64,000 nucleotides of DNA, from contig CAWFJD010000017.1 in NCBI GenBank assembly GCA_963816135.1, forward strand, positions 397,064 to 461,063, given 5' to 3'. Shown here one piece after another: positions 42,974-52,027 of the stretch. Every line of letters starts with the position of its first letter. Position 1 is the first letter of the stretch. The notes below the pieces were generated by a model, which was given only the letters and a program-made list of their open reading frames with translations, had not been told where the DNA came from and did no database searches. Source of the DNA: an uncultured Chloroflexia bacterium. Its GTDB lineage: Bacteria > Chloroflexota > Limnocylindria > Limnocylindrales > CSP1-4. Position numbers and translations under genes: made by a program.

Positions 42974-44690
42974 TCAGGCCTTTTCGGTGACCCGGTACTC
43001 CAGATAGCGACCTGTGAGAAGCCGCGTTTGGGCGTCGAGGGCAGGCAGATTCGTGAAGATCAGCCCCGACCGGTGGCAAAAGGATCCACTGCGCCCACGA
43101 GACGAAGTGCATCCAGATCCCCCACTCTGGCGGACGCGGCGGTGCCAGCTGGTCCTCGATGAAGATCAGGACGATGAGCGCGGCGAGCGCGCCCGGTGAG
43201 GAGCCACGAGGCGTACACCGGCAGCTGCTGCCCGAAGTACGTCTGGGCGAACGTCTGGTTGAGAGCCACGGGCAGCGTCGCCCCCAGCACGATGACGAAC
43301 GGCGCGATCGCCCAGTTGATGTGCTCCACCCAGAGGTCCAGCAGGCGGGCGGCGCGCTCGCGAAGCGGGATCTCGGTGTGCGTCAGGGCGTTGCCGATGA
43401 AGAACGGGATGTCCGTCACGCCCCAGGCCCAGCGTCTGATCTGGGTGTATTGCTGCATCAGGCTGCGCGGGTACGACTTGGCCCGGACCGCGTCGCCGTA
43501 GACGGGCAGGAAGAGCGGCTCCGAGCGGAACTGGCCGCTGTAGCGGAAGAAGCTCTTCCAGTAGAAGCGACTGTCCTCCGGAATCGCGTCGACGGCCCAG
43601 TAGTCCACTTCGTGGATCGTCTGGAGGCAGACCGCGTAGGAGCTGAAGCTGACGAGCCGTTCCGGGGTGAGGTGATGCCACATCTGCACGTGCGTCGAGC
43701 CCACGGCCACCAGGCGGACCGGCAGCGGGCACTGCCAGAGGTTGTTGTGGAACATCGGCACGGGCTGGTAGAGGCGCCGATACCGGTCCCGGTTGGTGAT
43801 GAACTTGATGCGTGAGATAGCCGAAGTACTGGCGGTGGACCCGGTAGTCCGAGTCGAGGTCCGTGACGATGACCTTCCGCGGATCGAAGCCAAGACGCGT
43901 CAGCTCCTTGTAGAGCCAGCGGCCGCCGTACGCCATCGCGCTCGACTTGCCGACCACCACTCCGGGCTCGAGCGGATCGAGGATGTGGAAGAAGTGGCGG
44001 AACTGCGGCCCGAAGAGCTCACGCAGCTTGGTCACGTTCTCGCGGCCCTGGAGATCCGTCTCGCGGGTGATGATCGCGACCATCCGCATGTCTTTGGGAT
44101 AGTCCGTCTCGGCGAGCGCTTTGACCGTCTCGTAGAGCTTCTCGTACGGCTCGGTGTAGGTGGGAACGAGCGCCACATGCCAGAGCTCGTGCGGATCCGG
44201 CAGCTTCTCGTCCAGGGCCACGATTCGCTCGAGGCTGCGCTGCTCCTCGATCAGCCGGTGGAGCTCCCGCCGGCCGCCTCGCGCCGCGAGCTTGTTGCCC
44301 GCCGCGTTGAGCTCGGCGATCCGCACTCGCACGGTCGGGAATGAGCATCGCCAGCTCGTCGAAGCGAGCCTGCGGGTCCGAGAGGGCGAACGTCCGCTGC
44401 CGCCAGTCGACGGCCATCACGCGCCTGATCCGGCGGAACGAAATGCCCACGCTGACGGACAGCGTCATGGCCCGGTAGAGCCAGTAGAAGTCGAACGACA
44501 GCACGAAGATGCCGAGGATGTAGGGCGCCTTGATGGCAAGCGGAACCATGGCGAGGATCAAGACCCACGTCACGACGCCCGGGATCTTTTCGAGTACGAG
44601 GTAAGAGCGCTTCCTCTTGCTCGCGGCCGGCAGGCTTAGCCCGACTGTCGGCCGCAGGGCAGAAGAGTCTCTTGCGGCTAGCTCACTCAC
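42974..44690 (-). pseudogene. Family-2 glycosyltransferase, membrane-bound, cellulose-synthase-like (at least 4 shifts)
   Basis: The N-terminal TM part is in ORF 44019..44690. The catalytic core is in ORF 43166..44332 (VALVPTYTEPYE...VVGKSSAMAYG...VTDLDSD). The Q-x-x-RW motif (QQYTQIRRWAWG) and TM segments are in ORF 43060..43893. The tail (LIFTNLPALDAQTRLLTGRYLEYRVTEKA) is in another frame and stops at 42974. Confidence 0.7.
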
Positions 44691-45658
44691 TTGTAGACGG
44701 GTAGCACCCAGTGTCTGAACTCCGGCAACCGCCCACGCACGGCGTCGAAGTATGTCTTACCGATCTTTCGGGAGATGGGCCCGACGTGACCGTCGCCGAC
44801 CGGACGATGATCCACCGAAGCGACAGGTGAAACCTGGGCGCCCGTGCCGCAGAGGAAGACCTCGTCGGCGATGTAGAGCTCGCTGCGGTCGATCTGGCGC
44901 TCCTTGACGGGGATGCCAAGGAACTCGGCGATCTCGATGATCCCCGCCCGCGTGATGCCTTCGAGGATGTCCTCGCTGACCGACGGCGTGATGAGCACGC
45001 CGTCCCGAACCATGAACAGGTTCTCGGCCGAGCCTTCGGCGACGTGGCCGTCCGCGGTTAGCACGATCGCCTCGTCGAAGCCGTTGAGCATGGCCTCGCT
45101 CTTGGAGAAGGCCGGGTTCACGTAGCTGCCGGTGATCTTGCTGCGAGACGGGATCGAGACGTCGCTCGTGCGTCGCCACGAAACCGTGCAGGTGGAGATG
45201 CCCTTCTCCGTGTCGATGTAGTCCCCCATCGGGATCGCCAGGACGTAGAAGTCGTGCGTCAGTCCGTGGAGGCGAACGCCGATGGCTTCCGTGGTCTTGT
45301 AGACCGACGGCCTGCAGTAGGCGTCTTCCTTGAAGCCGTTGCGGCGCAAGACCTCGAGAACGATCTCGGTGAACTCGTCAACCGACGGCAGCTCCGACAT
45401 CAGCATGATCTTGCTCGAGTTGCGCAGCCGAACGACGTGCTCCTTGACTCGGAGGGCGTAGAGCTGCCCCTCTTCGGCGTTCCAGTAGGCCCGAACACCT
45501 TCGAACACGCCCGTCCCGTAGAGGAAGGCGTGGGTCATGATCGAGATGCGCGCGTCGCCGAGCGGTACGTAGTTGCCCTGGAAGAAGCAGACGTAGCTGT
45601 TCTGGTTGGGCTTTGCCGCAAAGTTGGAGGCTGTGGCCGCGGCATTCTCGGTGACCAT
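44687..45658 (-). CDS. ilvE: Branched-chain amino acid aminotransferase
   Basis: Intact ORF reading YGTGVFEGVRAY...SRSKITGSYVN...EGSAENLFMV...ILEGITR...CGTGAQVSPV. The start is ATG 45658. Its stop overlaps the GT2 GTG (GTGA). Confidence 0.85.
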   Translation of the reverse strand: MVTENAAATASNFAAKPNQNSYVCFFQGNYVPLGDARISIMTHAFLYGTGVFEGVRAYWNAEEGQLYALRVKEHVVRLRNSSKIMLMSELPSVDEFTEIVLEVLRRNGFKEDAYCRPSVYKTTEAIGVRLHGLTHDFYVLAIPMGDYIDTEKGISTCTVSWRRTSDVSIPSRSKITGSYVNPAFSKSEAMLNGFDEAIVLTADGHVAEGSAENLFMVRDGVLITPSVSEDILEGITRAGIIEIAEFLGIPVKERQIDRSELYIADEVFLCGTGAQVSPVASVDHRPVGDGHVGPISRKIGKTYFDAVRGRLPEFRHWVLPVYK

Positions 45659-45763
45659 GTTCTCGGCGCTCCCTGTACTTAGACCGCCGGTTCTACCGGC
45701 GAGAGGCAAGTATAACGGGGCACCTGAAGGCCAAGCCGGCGCTCGGATACCGAGTGGAGAGGC

Positions 45764-46808
45764 TCAGGTCCTGGTCTGAGTGAGCGTGAAGATCACGAGG
45801 CTCAGGTAGGAGAGGTAGAACGCTCCGCCGACGAGCAGGCCTCGGGCGGTAAGCCGCCGGCGCATCACCATCGGCAGAAATATGGCGGCGGACGAAGCGA
45901 AGGTGATGAACGCCGACGAAAACGCGACTCCCGCCCCCACCACGGTCCACGACTCCGTGGCGAAGATGAGTCCGATCGACGTTGGGATGGCGCTCTGGAA
46001 GACCATCGCCCCGGTGATGTTGCCCATCGCCAGGGTGTCCTTGCCGCGGCGGACCCACAGGACGCTGTTCAGCTTCTCCGGCAGCTCGGTGGCAATCGGG
46101 GCGATCACCAGGGCAAGGAGCGTTCCGTTGAGGCCCAGCGATGCGGAGATGTCCTCCACGCCTCGAACGAAGCCCCAGGCGCCGCCGATGATGCAAGCCA
46201 GTGAGAACACGACCTGGACGGTCACGATGACGAGCCGGGGCGGCTCCGGATGCGGGCGGAGCGTTGCGGTCGAACTTGTGGAAGCGCAGCGGCGCCAGGC
46301 CCTCATGCTCGGCCGCGTCGGCCTGGAGATGGCCCCAGACGTAGTAGCCGTACGTGAAGATGAGCAGCAGCGCGATGAGGCGGCGCGGCCACTCGAAATC
46401 GCCCGGAAGGAACGCCGCCCCGATGGCGATCAGGTATGTGACCGCGAAGTAGGCCATGTCGTGGCCCAGGACGCCGATGTCCACGCTCAGCCGCTCGCCC
46501 GACGCCCGGCGGCGGCGCATGAGCAGGATGGCCGCGCCGGTGACGAACATCGCCAGCGTGCTCAGCATGAACGGGGCGCCGAGAATGGCCCCGACCCCCA
46601 CTTCACTGCCGGCGATGCCGCCGCCGAAAACGATGGCGATGAACGGAATCATCGTCTCGGGCAGTGCGGTGCCGACGGCGGCCAGAACCGACCCGATCGC
46701 GCCCTCGCCAAGCTCGAGCTTGTGCCCGAACCACTCGATGCCGTTGGTGAACAGCTCGGCGCCCACCAGGATGACCACGAACGAGACGACGAGAACGACG
46801 ATGTCCAT
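45764..46808 (-). pseudogene. Ca2+/Na+ antiporter (CaCA/YrbG-like; shift near 46270)
   Basis: Two alpha-repeat signatures are present: GTALPETM in ORF 45693..46808 and IATELPEKL in ORF 45764..46306. The two halves are in different frames. Confidence 0.75.
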
Positions 46809-46854
46809 TCAGTCTCCGAAAGCCCGAGCGTCCGCTATGCCGAGAAGCCGATAC

Positions 46855-47423
46855 GCGCTATGGCGAGGCTGTGCCAAGGAGGCGCCGAGAACCGCCGCGA
46901 GCGGACTCGAACGTCCGTGAGCGAGGATCGCAGGCGCCGAGACCGGCACAGGCCACCACATAAACCGTAGGCGCTATGGCGAGGCTGTGCCAAGGAGGCG
47001 CCGAGAACCGGAGCGAGCGCACTCGGACGTGCGTGAGCGAGGATCGCAGGCGCCGACACCGGCACAGGCCGCCACGTAAACCGTAGGCGCTATGGCGAGG
47101 CTGTGCCAAGGAGGCGCCGAGCACCGGAGCGAGCGCACTCGGACGTCCGTGAGCGAGGATCGCAGGCGCCGACACCGGCACAGGCCGCCCACGCGAACCG
47201 TAGGCGCTATGGCGAGGCTGTGCCAAGGAGGCGCCGAGAACCGGAGCGAGCGGACTCGGACGTGCGTGAGCGAGGATCGCAAGCGCCGACACCGGCACAG
47301 GCCGCCCACGTAAACCGTAGGCGCTATGGCGAGGCTGTGCCAAGGAGGCGCCGAGAACCGGAGCGAGCGCACTCGGACGTGCGTGAGCGAGGATCGCAGG
47401 CGCCGACACCGGCACGGGCCGCC
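46855..47423. repeat. Tandem array of five copies of a 116-117 bp self-complementary unit
   Basis: Units start at 46855, 46971, 47087, 47204 and 47321. Copies 2-5 are nearly identical and copy 1 is more diverged. There are no spacers. Each unit contains GGCGAGGCTGTGCC...GGCACAGGCCGCC and two GGCGCC palindromes. Confidence 0.9.
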
Positions 47424-47430
47424 AGAGCGA

Positions 47431-47715
47431 CTACGGGCGGACGTGCTGGGGGGCGTAGGGGAGGAGGGCGACGATCCGGGCCCGCTTCAGGGCGACGGCC
47501 AGCTGGCGCTGGTGGTTCGCGCAGGTGCCCGTCTTGCGTCGCGGCTCGATCTTGGCCCGCTCCGAGAGGTAGCGGCGCAGCCGGTTGACTTCCTTGTAGT
47601 CGATCATGACCGTCTTGTCCGCGCAGAAGGTGCAGACCTTGCGGCGGCGCCGGTCGCGGTAGTACTCGTCTCGCTTCGTGCGGGTCTTATCGCCTCGAGA
47701 ACTGCTAGGGGGCAT
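47431..47715 (-). CDS. rpsR: 30S ribosomal protein S18
   Basis: Intact 94 aa ORF reading [53 protein letters not shown]. Confidence 0.95.
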   Translation of the reverse strand: MPPSSSRGDKTRTKRDEYYRDRRRRKVCTFCADKTVMIDYKEVNRLRRYLSERAKIEPRRKTGTCANHQRQLAVALKRARIVALLPYAPQHVRP

Positions 47716-47805
47716 ATCGATCGTTCCTCAGTCCGTGACCGCGCAAAGCGCGGTGGTTTGGTTCGTGTTGGGGGCCGGCGCCGTTGCGCCGGCAGGTTCG
47801 GGATG

Positions 47806-48276
47806 TCAGAACGGCAGCTCGTCCAGATCGCTCGAGCCGAAGTCGTCTCCGCCTCCGCTCGGCTCACCGGATCCACCGGGTCCGCCTGGGCCGCCGGTCC
47901 GCGCCGGACGGGAGCCCGCGAATTCGGGGGCGCCTTCCTCGCGCGGCGGCCGCGGATCGAGACCCGTGACCGTGTTGGCGACCAATTCAGTGGTGTAGTG
48001 CTTCTGGCCGTCCTGGCCTTCCCAGTTGCGAGTCTGCAGGCGTCCTTCCACGTAGACCTTGCGGCCTTTGCGAAGGTACTCGGCGGTCCGTTCGGCCAGG
48101 GGTCCCCAGGCTACGACGCGGAACCACTCCGTCTCTTCCTTCCACTCGCCACTGGCGTCCTTGTAGTTGCGGTTCACGGCGACCGTGAACTGCGTGACGG
48201 CCTGGCCGTTGGCCGTGTACCGCATCTCCGGATCGCGGCCGAGATTGCCGATGATCATCGCCTTGTTGAGCGACAT
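47806..48276 (-). CDS. ssb: Single-stranded DNA-binding protein
   Basis: Intact 156 aa ORF reading MSLNKAMIIGNLGRDPEMRYT...WFRVVAWG..., with a Gly/Pro-rich linker and an acidic tip DLDELPF. Confidence 0.95.
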   Translation of the reverse strand: MSLNKAMIIGNLGRDPEMRYTANGQAVTQFTVAVNRNYKDASGEWKEETEWFRVVAWGPLAERTAEYLRKGRKVYVEGRLQTRNWEGQDGQKHYTTELVANTVTGLDPRPPREEGAPEFAGSRPARTGGPGGPGGSGEPSGGGDDFGSSDLDELPF

Positions 48277-48326
48277 CGAGCTTCCCTCCGTACCGCTCTA
48301 CCCGGCCGGCAAGCCGGGTCGCGGCC

Positions 48327-48756
48327 TCAGTCGATAGCGGCAGGCGCCGCTTCGCTCTCCGACTCGTCGATGAACTCGCCCTGGTCGTCGGGCTCTTCCT
48401 CGTCGACGGGCAAGCGTCACTTCCACGTCAGCCTCAGCCTCGGTGCCGCGGCCACGGGCTGCCCGGACGGGGCGCTCGACGCGCGTGACGAGGTGGCGGA
48501 GGACTTCCTCGCTGATGAGGAGTCCGCGCTCGAGCTCCGTGATGGCCGTCGGCGGAGCCTCGAACAGCAGGACGTAGTACGACCCTTCGCGATGATGGTC
48601 GATGGGATAGGCCAGTCGGCGGCGGCCCCACGGGGCCTGCTTGACGATCTGGCCGCCGCCGGCCGCGATGGCTCGGGCGGTTCGCTCGAGAGTGCCCTGG
48701 ACCTTGTCGTCCGGCAAGTCCGGACGCAGGACCAGCATGAGTTCGTATCGGCGCAT
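48327..48756 (-). pseudogene. rpsF: 30S ribosomal protein S6 (shift near 48410 before the acidic tail)
   Basis: Begins at ATG 48756: MRRYELMLVLRPDL...WGRRRLAYPI...GSYYVLLFEA. The acidic C-terminal tail VDEEEPDDQGEFIDESESEAAPAAID (stop at 48327) is in another frame. Confidence 0.85.
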
Positions 48757-49110
48757 GCGCCAGTGTCTCCTTCCCATGGGGATGCCCCGATGCGCGAGCG
48801 GCAACGCCGGTCGGTCGGAGCCGAAAGGACCGGCGAATGATAGCAGGCTCGGTTTCCTCGGCTTTCGGGCCCGCGATCGGGTCGGTGGCCACGGGCGCCG
48901 GGACGTGCCCGTGGCGTGCTGTCAACGCTAGCTCATCGGAACTGGGGCAAGTACCGCCGCCACAGCTCATTTGCAGTACGAAAGTTATGCAGCGGTCTCA
49001 ACTCGTTGGCATATGCTGACGGTCGGGATGCCGGGCCTTTGATCATCTTTCTTATTACTGGCTCGGTCTACCTGACAATTCATGCCCCGCGGCTCAGAAA
49101 GGAGGCCTCA

Positions 49111-49371
49111 TTGTTCTCGGTCCTTCGCCGCGAGGAAGGACAGGGTCTCGCGGAATACGCACTTATCCTGGCACTCATAGCACTAGTGGTCATCGGTGTG
49201 TTCACGGCATTCGGCACCAACGTTTTCACGCTCATGGACGACATCGCGACCCACATTCGGCACACTCTAGGCTCCAACTGCAGACCGGAAACAGCGGCGG
49301 GTCGCCACCACGGCGACCCGCCTTTTCGATTCCTCGTGTCCCTGGTACCGGAGCAGGGGCTCGAACCCTGA
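49111..49371 (+). CDS. flp: Flp/Fap family type IVb pilin (annotated ORF probably overruns the true stop)
   Basis: AAAGGAGG lies 5 nt before TTG 49111. LFSVLRREEGQGLAEYALILALIALVVIG matches the Flp G/xxxxEY prepilin motif. The ORF reads through a strong terminator and into a tRNA gene. An out-of-frame TAG at 49268-49270 would give a typical pilin of about 52 aa. Confidence 0.7.
   Translation: MFSVLRREEGQGLAEYALILALIALVVIGVFTAFGTNVFTLMDDIATHIRHTLGSNCRPETAAGRHHGDPPFRFLVSLVPEQGLEP
49296..49326 (+). terminator. Intrinsic terminator after flp
   Basis: GGCGGGUCGCC-ACCAC-GGCGACCCGCC is a perfect 11 bp stem, followed by UUUU (49323-49326). Confidence 0.8.
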
Positions 49372-49431
49372 CGCTCCACAGGGAGCCGCGGATTTTAAGT
49401 CCGCCGCGTCTGCCAATTCCGCCACTCCGGC
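49343..49431 (-). tRNA. tRNA-Leu (anticodon UAA), class II, CCA encoded
   Basis: Manual fold: acceptor GCCGGAG/CUCCGGU (G1-U72 wobble), anticodon stem GCGGA/UCCGC with loop CUUAAAA, a long variable arm, and T arm CAGGG-UUCGAGC-CCCUG. Length is 89 nt. Confidence 0.85.
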
Positions 49432-49507
49432 CCGCAGCGCAAGGTTAGCGTGCGGCGTCCACTATCGGATGGCGAGCCTCGCGCCACCGCCGCCCCAGTC
49501 TCGGGAT

Positions 49508-50495
49508 CTAGCCGGTCTGCACGGTGCCGGCGTAGGCGGCGAGGAAGGCATCGACCGCGTCCGGGTCCCATTGCTCCCCCTTGCCGTCTTCGAGCCGCTG
49601 GAAGGCGGTTTCGAGCGACATGCCGGCGCGATACGGGCGATCGGTCGTCATGGCGTCGAACGAATCGGCTACCGCGACGATGCGGGCCGAAAGTGGAATC
49701 TCCTCGCCGCGGAGCCCATACGGATAGCCGGTGCCGTCGAACCGCTCGTGGTGATGCAGGACCACGGGCTCGGGCGCTTCGAACGAGCGCAGCGGCCGGA
49801 CGATCTCCGCACCGGCTTCTGGATGCTTCTTCACGAGCGCGAACTCCTGACGATCGAGCGGCCCGGGCTTGAGCAGCACACGGTCCGGCACCGCGATCTT
49901 GCCCAGGTCGTGGAGCAGGCCGCCCATACGCACGCCTTCGACTATCTCGCTCGGACATGCTCATGCGCCGGGCAACCTCGACCGCCCTGTCGGCGACACG
50001 CCGGAGATGCTTCTCGGTGTAGTTGTCACGAGCTTCCACCGTTCTCGCGAGCGCGACTACCACTGCCTCGCTGCTGACCAGATGGTCGGTCACGCGCTTG
50101 GTCCGAAGGAGCGATCGGACGCGGATCAGCAGCTCCTCGATGTCGAACGGCTTGCCGACGAACTCATCCGAGCCTGCCTCGAGCGCTCGAAGGCGCTCCT
50201 CTCGAACCGTCGAGCCGGTCACATGGATGATCGGCGTCAGGTGCATGGCAGGGTCGTTCTTGACTTCGCGGCATATCTCCACGCCATCGATGTCGGGCAT
50301 GGAGATATCGAGGATCAGCAGGTCGGGAAGGTCTTCGCGCGTCAAATCGAGAGCCTGGCGACCCGTGGCCGCCTCGGTGACTTCATAGCCGGCAGGCTCG
50401 AGGATCCGGCGGAGCAGCGCTCTGGCCAACGGCTCATCGTCGGCAATCAGAACCCGGGCCGGCCAGGTGGCGCGAAGGGGATCGGTGGTGGGCAT
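49508..50495 (-). pseudogene. Response regulator with a REC domain plus an HD-GYP domain (c-di-GMP phosphodiesterase type; shift near 49940)
   Basis: The REC domain starts at ATG 50495 (RVLIADDEP...DLLILDISMPDIDG...GKPF). The HD-GYP domain is in ORF 49508..49933 (GGLLHDLGK...HHERFDGTGYPYGL...ADSFDAMT). The junction is out of frame. Confidence 0.8.
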
Positions 50496-50673
50496 CCCCT
50501 CTAGCCCACAGGATGGCAGGGCAGCATCTGATGATGCTAGTTGCCTGACCTTCCTAGGCCAAAAGGGTTGGACCAGACGGGACAACTCTGCTTTACATTG
50601 AGCAACTGCGGAGTGCGACAAGCCCCGCTCGGCTCGCTTTCCTCGTGCATCGCTGCCTAGAGGTGCGCACAAG

Positions 50674-51435
50674 ATGAGCAAACGGCCTCAAAGACTGTCC
50701 GGTTCGGCCGAGTGGTCTAGAGAAAGAGACTCCCCGAAGCCAGGAGAGGACGTGAGGCAGTTCCAGGAAGAACCGGCGATCGCCACCCAGGTGATGCTCG
50801 AGACGCTCACCGGAGAAGAGTGGCAATCCCATCCTGCCGCGATCGCGGATCTCACGCGTCAGGAGCTGTGGATTGCCATCGACGCTCCGCTCGGGACTCC
50901 GCTCGATCCCGGCCGGCAGGTCCGTCTCGTTCTGCGCCATCCGAACCGGCCGACCCAAACGGCCGAGACGATCGTGCTCTGGCATCTTGGCCGCAACGGC
51001 ACGGTAGTCGTCCTGAGGCGGCCTCGGCTGTGGGATCCGCCCTCCAGGCGCGAGCACGCCCGCGTTCCGCTGTCGATCCCGCTGTACCTCAAGGTCGACG
51101 AGTACTCCGACCCGGTGCCGGCCATGAGCACCAACGTGAGTGTCGGAGGCGTGTATTGCGTCGCCTCTCTCCCGGTCCGGATCGCCCAGCGACTGGACGC
51201 GACCCTGCAACTCACGCCGGCGAGGACATTCGACTGCGAGGCCGAAGTGGTCCGCGTCGAGAAGGACGCCGCCGATCCTTCGGGCCAGCAGCTCCTGATC
51301 GGGCTCCATTTCCTGAAGCTCTCCCAGGACGACCAGGCTTCCCTGGCCGAGTCGCTGACCGAGCTGGCCGAAGACCTGGACGAGGAATTCGTGCCTCGGG
51401 CCTGGCGCCCCGAAGTGTCTGAGGCGGAGGCCTAA
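50674..51435 (+). CDS. PilZ domain protein
   Basis: Intact 253 aa ORF. It has RxxxR (RREHAR) followed by N-x-S-x-x-G (TNVSVGG), the c-di-GMP binding signature, and an acidic C-terminus. Confidence 0.7.
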   Translation: MSKRPQRLSGSAEWSRERDSPKPGEDVRQFQEEPAIATQVMLETLTGEEWQSHPAAIADLTRQELWIAIDAPLGTPLDPGRQVRLVLRHPNRPTQTAETIVLWHLGRNGTVVVLRRPRLWDPPSRREHARVPLSIPLYLKVDEYSDPVPAMSTNVSVGGVYCVASLPVRIAQRLDATLQLTPARTFDCEAEVVRVEKDAADPSGQQLLIGLHFLKLSQDDQASLAESLTELAEDLDEEFVPRAWRPEVSEAEA

Positions 51436-51470
51436 CAGCGGCGGCGGTCGCCGGTGGTCCAGGGGGAAAG

Positions 51471-51546
51471 TGGAGGCGACGGCCGGGATCGAACCGGTGA
51501 ATAGAGGTTTTGCAGACCTCCCCCTTAACCACTTGGGTACGTCGCC
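51471..51546 (-). tRNA. tRNA-Cys (GCA), CCA encoded
   Basis: Acceptor GGCGACG/CGUCGCC, discriminator U, anticodon stem GAGGU/ACCUC with loop CUGCAAA. Length is 76 nt. Confidence 0.85.
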
Positions 51547-51627
51547 TCGGACGGTCCGGCAGGGGAACCGGCGTATGTGATCGACTCAGTTAGGCTCGGA
51601 CGGGCTCGATGTGCGCCCCGCGGAGAC

Positions 51628-51701
51628 TGGCTGCCCCTCGAGGATTCGAACCTCGCCTAACGGATCCAAAGTCCGCTGTCCTACCACTAGACGAAGGGGC
51701 A
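51628..51701 (-). tRNA. tRNA-Gln (UUG), CCA encoded
   Basis: Acceptor UGCCCCU/AGGGGCA, anticodon loop CUUUGGA, T arm CGAGG-UUCGAAU-CCUCG. Length is 74 nt. Confidence 0.85.
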
Positions 51702-51751
51702 GAGGGTCGAGCTCTCGGCGGATCGCCGTCCGGGTCGGCAGCAAGGAAAAA

Positions 51752-51827
51752 TGGAGCGGAAGACGGGACTCGAACCCGCGACCCTCACCTTGGCAAGGTG
51801 ATGCTCTACCAACTGAGCCACTTCCGC
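51752..51827 (-). tRNA. tRNA-Gly (GCC), CCA encoded
   Basis: Acceptor GCGGAAG/CUUCCGC, anticodon stem CACC/GGUG with loop UUGCCAA, T loop UUCGAGU. Length is 76 nt. Confidence 0.85.
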
Positions 51828-51849
51828 TCGAAAACCACGCCAGTTCGTT

Positions 51850-51925
51850 TGGTGCCGAGAGCCAGGATCGAACTGGCGACACCGCGATTTTCAGTCGCGT
51901 GCTCTACCAACTGAGCTATCTCGGC
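51850..51925 (-). tRNA. tRNA-Phe (GAA), CCA encoded
   Basis: Acceptor GCCGAGA/UCUCGGC, D arm AGCUCAGUUGGUAGAGC, anticodon loop CUGAAAA. Length is 76 nt. Confidence 0.85.
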
Positions 51926-52027
51926 CCGGTCAGACGAACTGGCTGCCCGTCGGCGCGGGGAAAGGTACCACGCGGGACCGAAACGCTGCAAGAAAGCTCC
52001 CGCGCCCTGGCGAAAGGCGTCGCTCCC

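Noticed and set aside
46858-47415. The tandem array read as a CRISPR array, or as a protein with 39-residue repeats (minus ORF 46858..47415, plus ORFs such as MARLCQGGAENRSERTRT...)
   Set aside because: There are no unique spacers between repeats and no cas genes, so it is not a CRISPR array. Several frames on both strands are open, which is expected at this GC content. The candidate frame has far lower third-position GC (about 60% by hand count) than real genes here and uses rare codons (TTA, AGT, TTG). It lacks an SD and a plausible start. The 116 nt units break the frame. The strong internal complementarity argues for a nucleic-acid-level element.
48757-48860. An S6:S18-binding autoregulatory leader upstream of rpsF
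   Set aside because: Hairpins are visible in the minus-sense leader (GCCGGUC...GACCGGC; GGGG-CAU-CCCC just before GGAAGGAGA). I cannot verify the conserved internal-loop nucleotides of the published rpsF leader from memory, so it remains unconfirmed.
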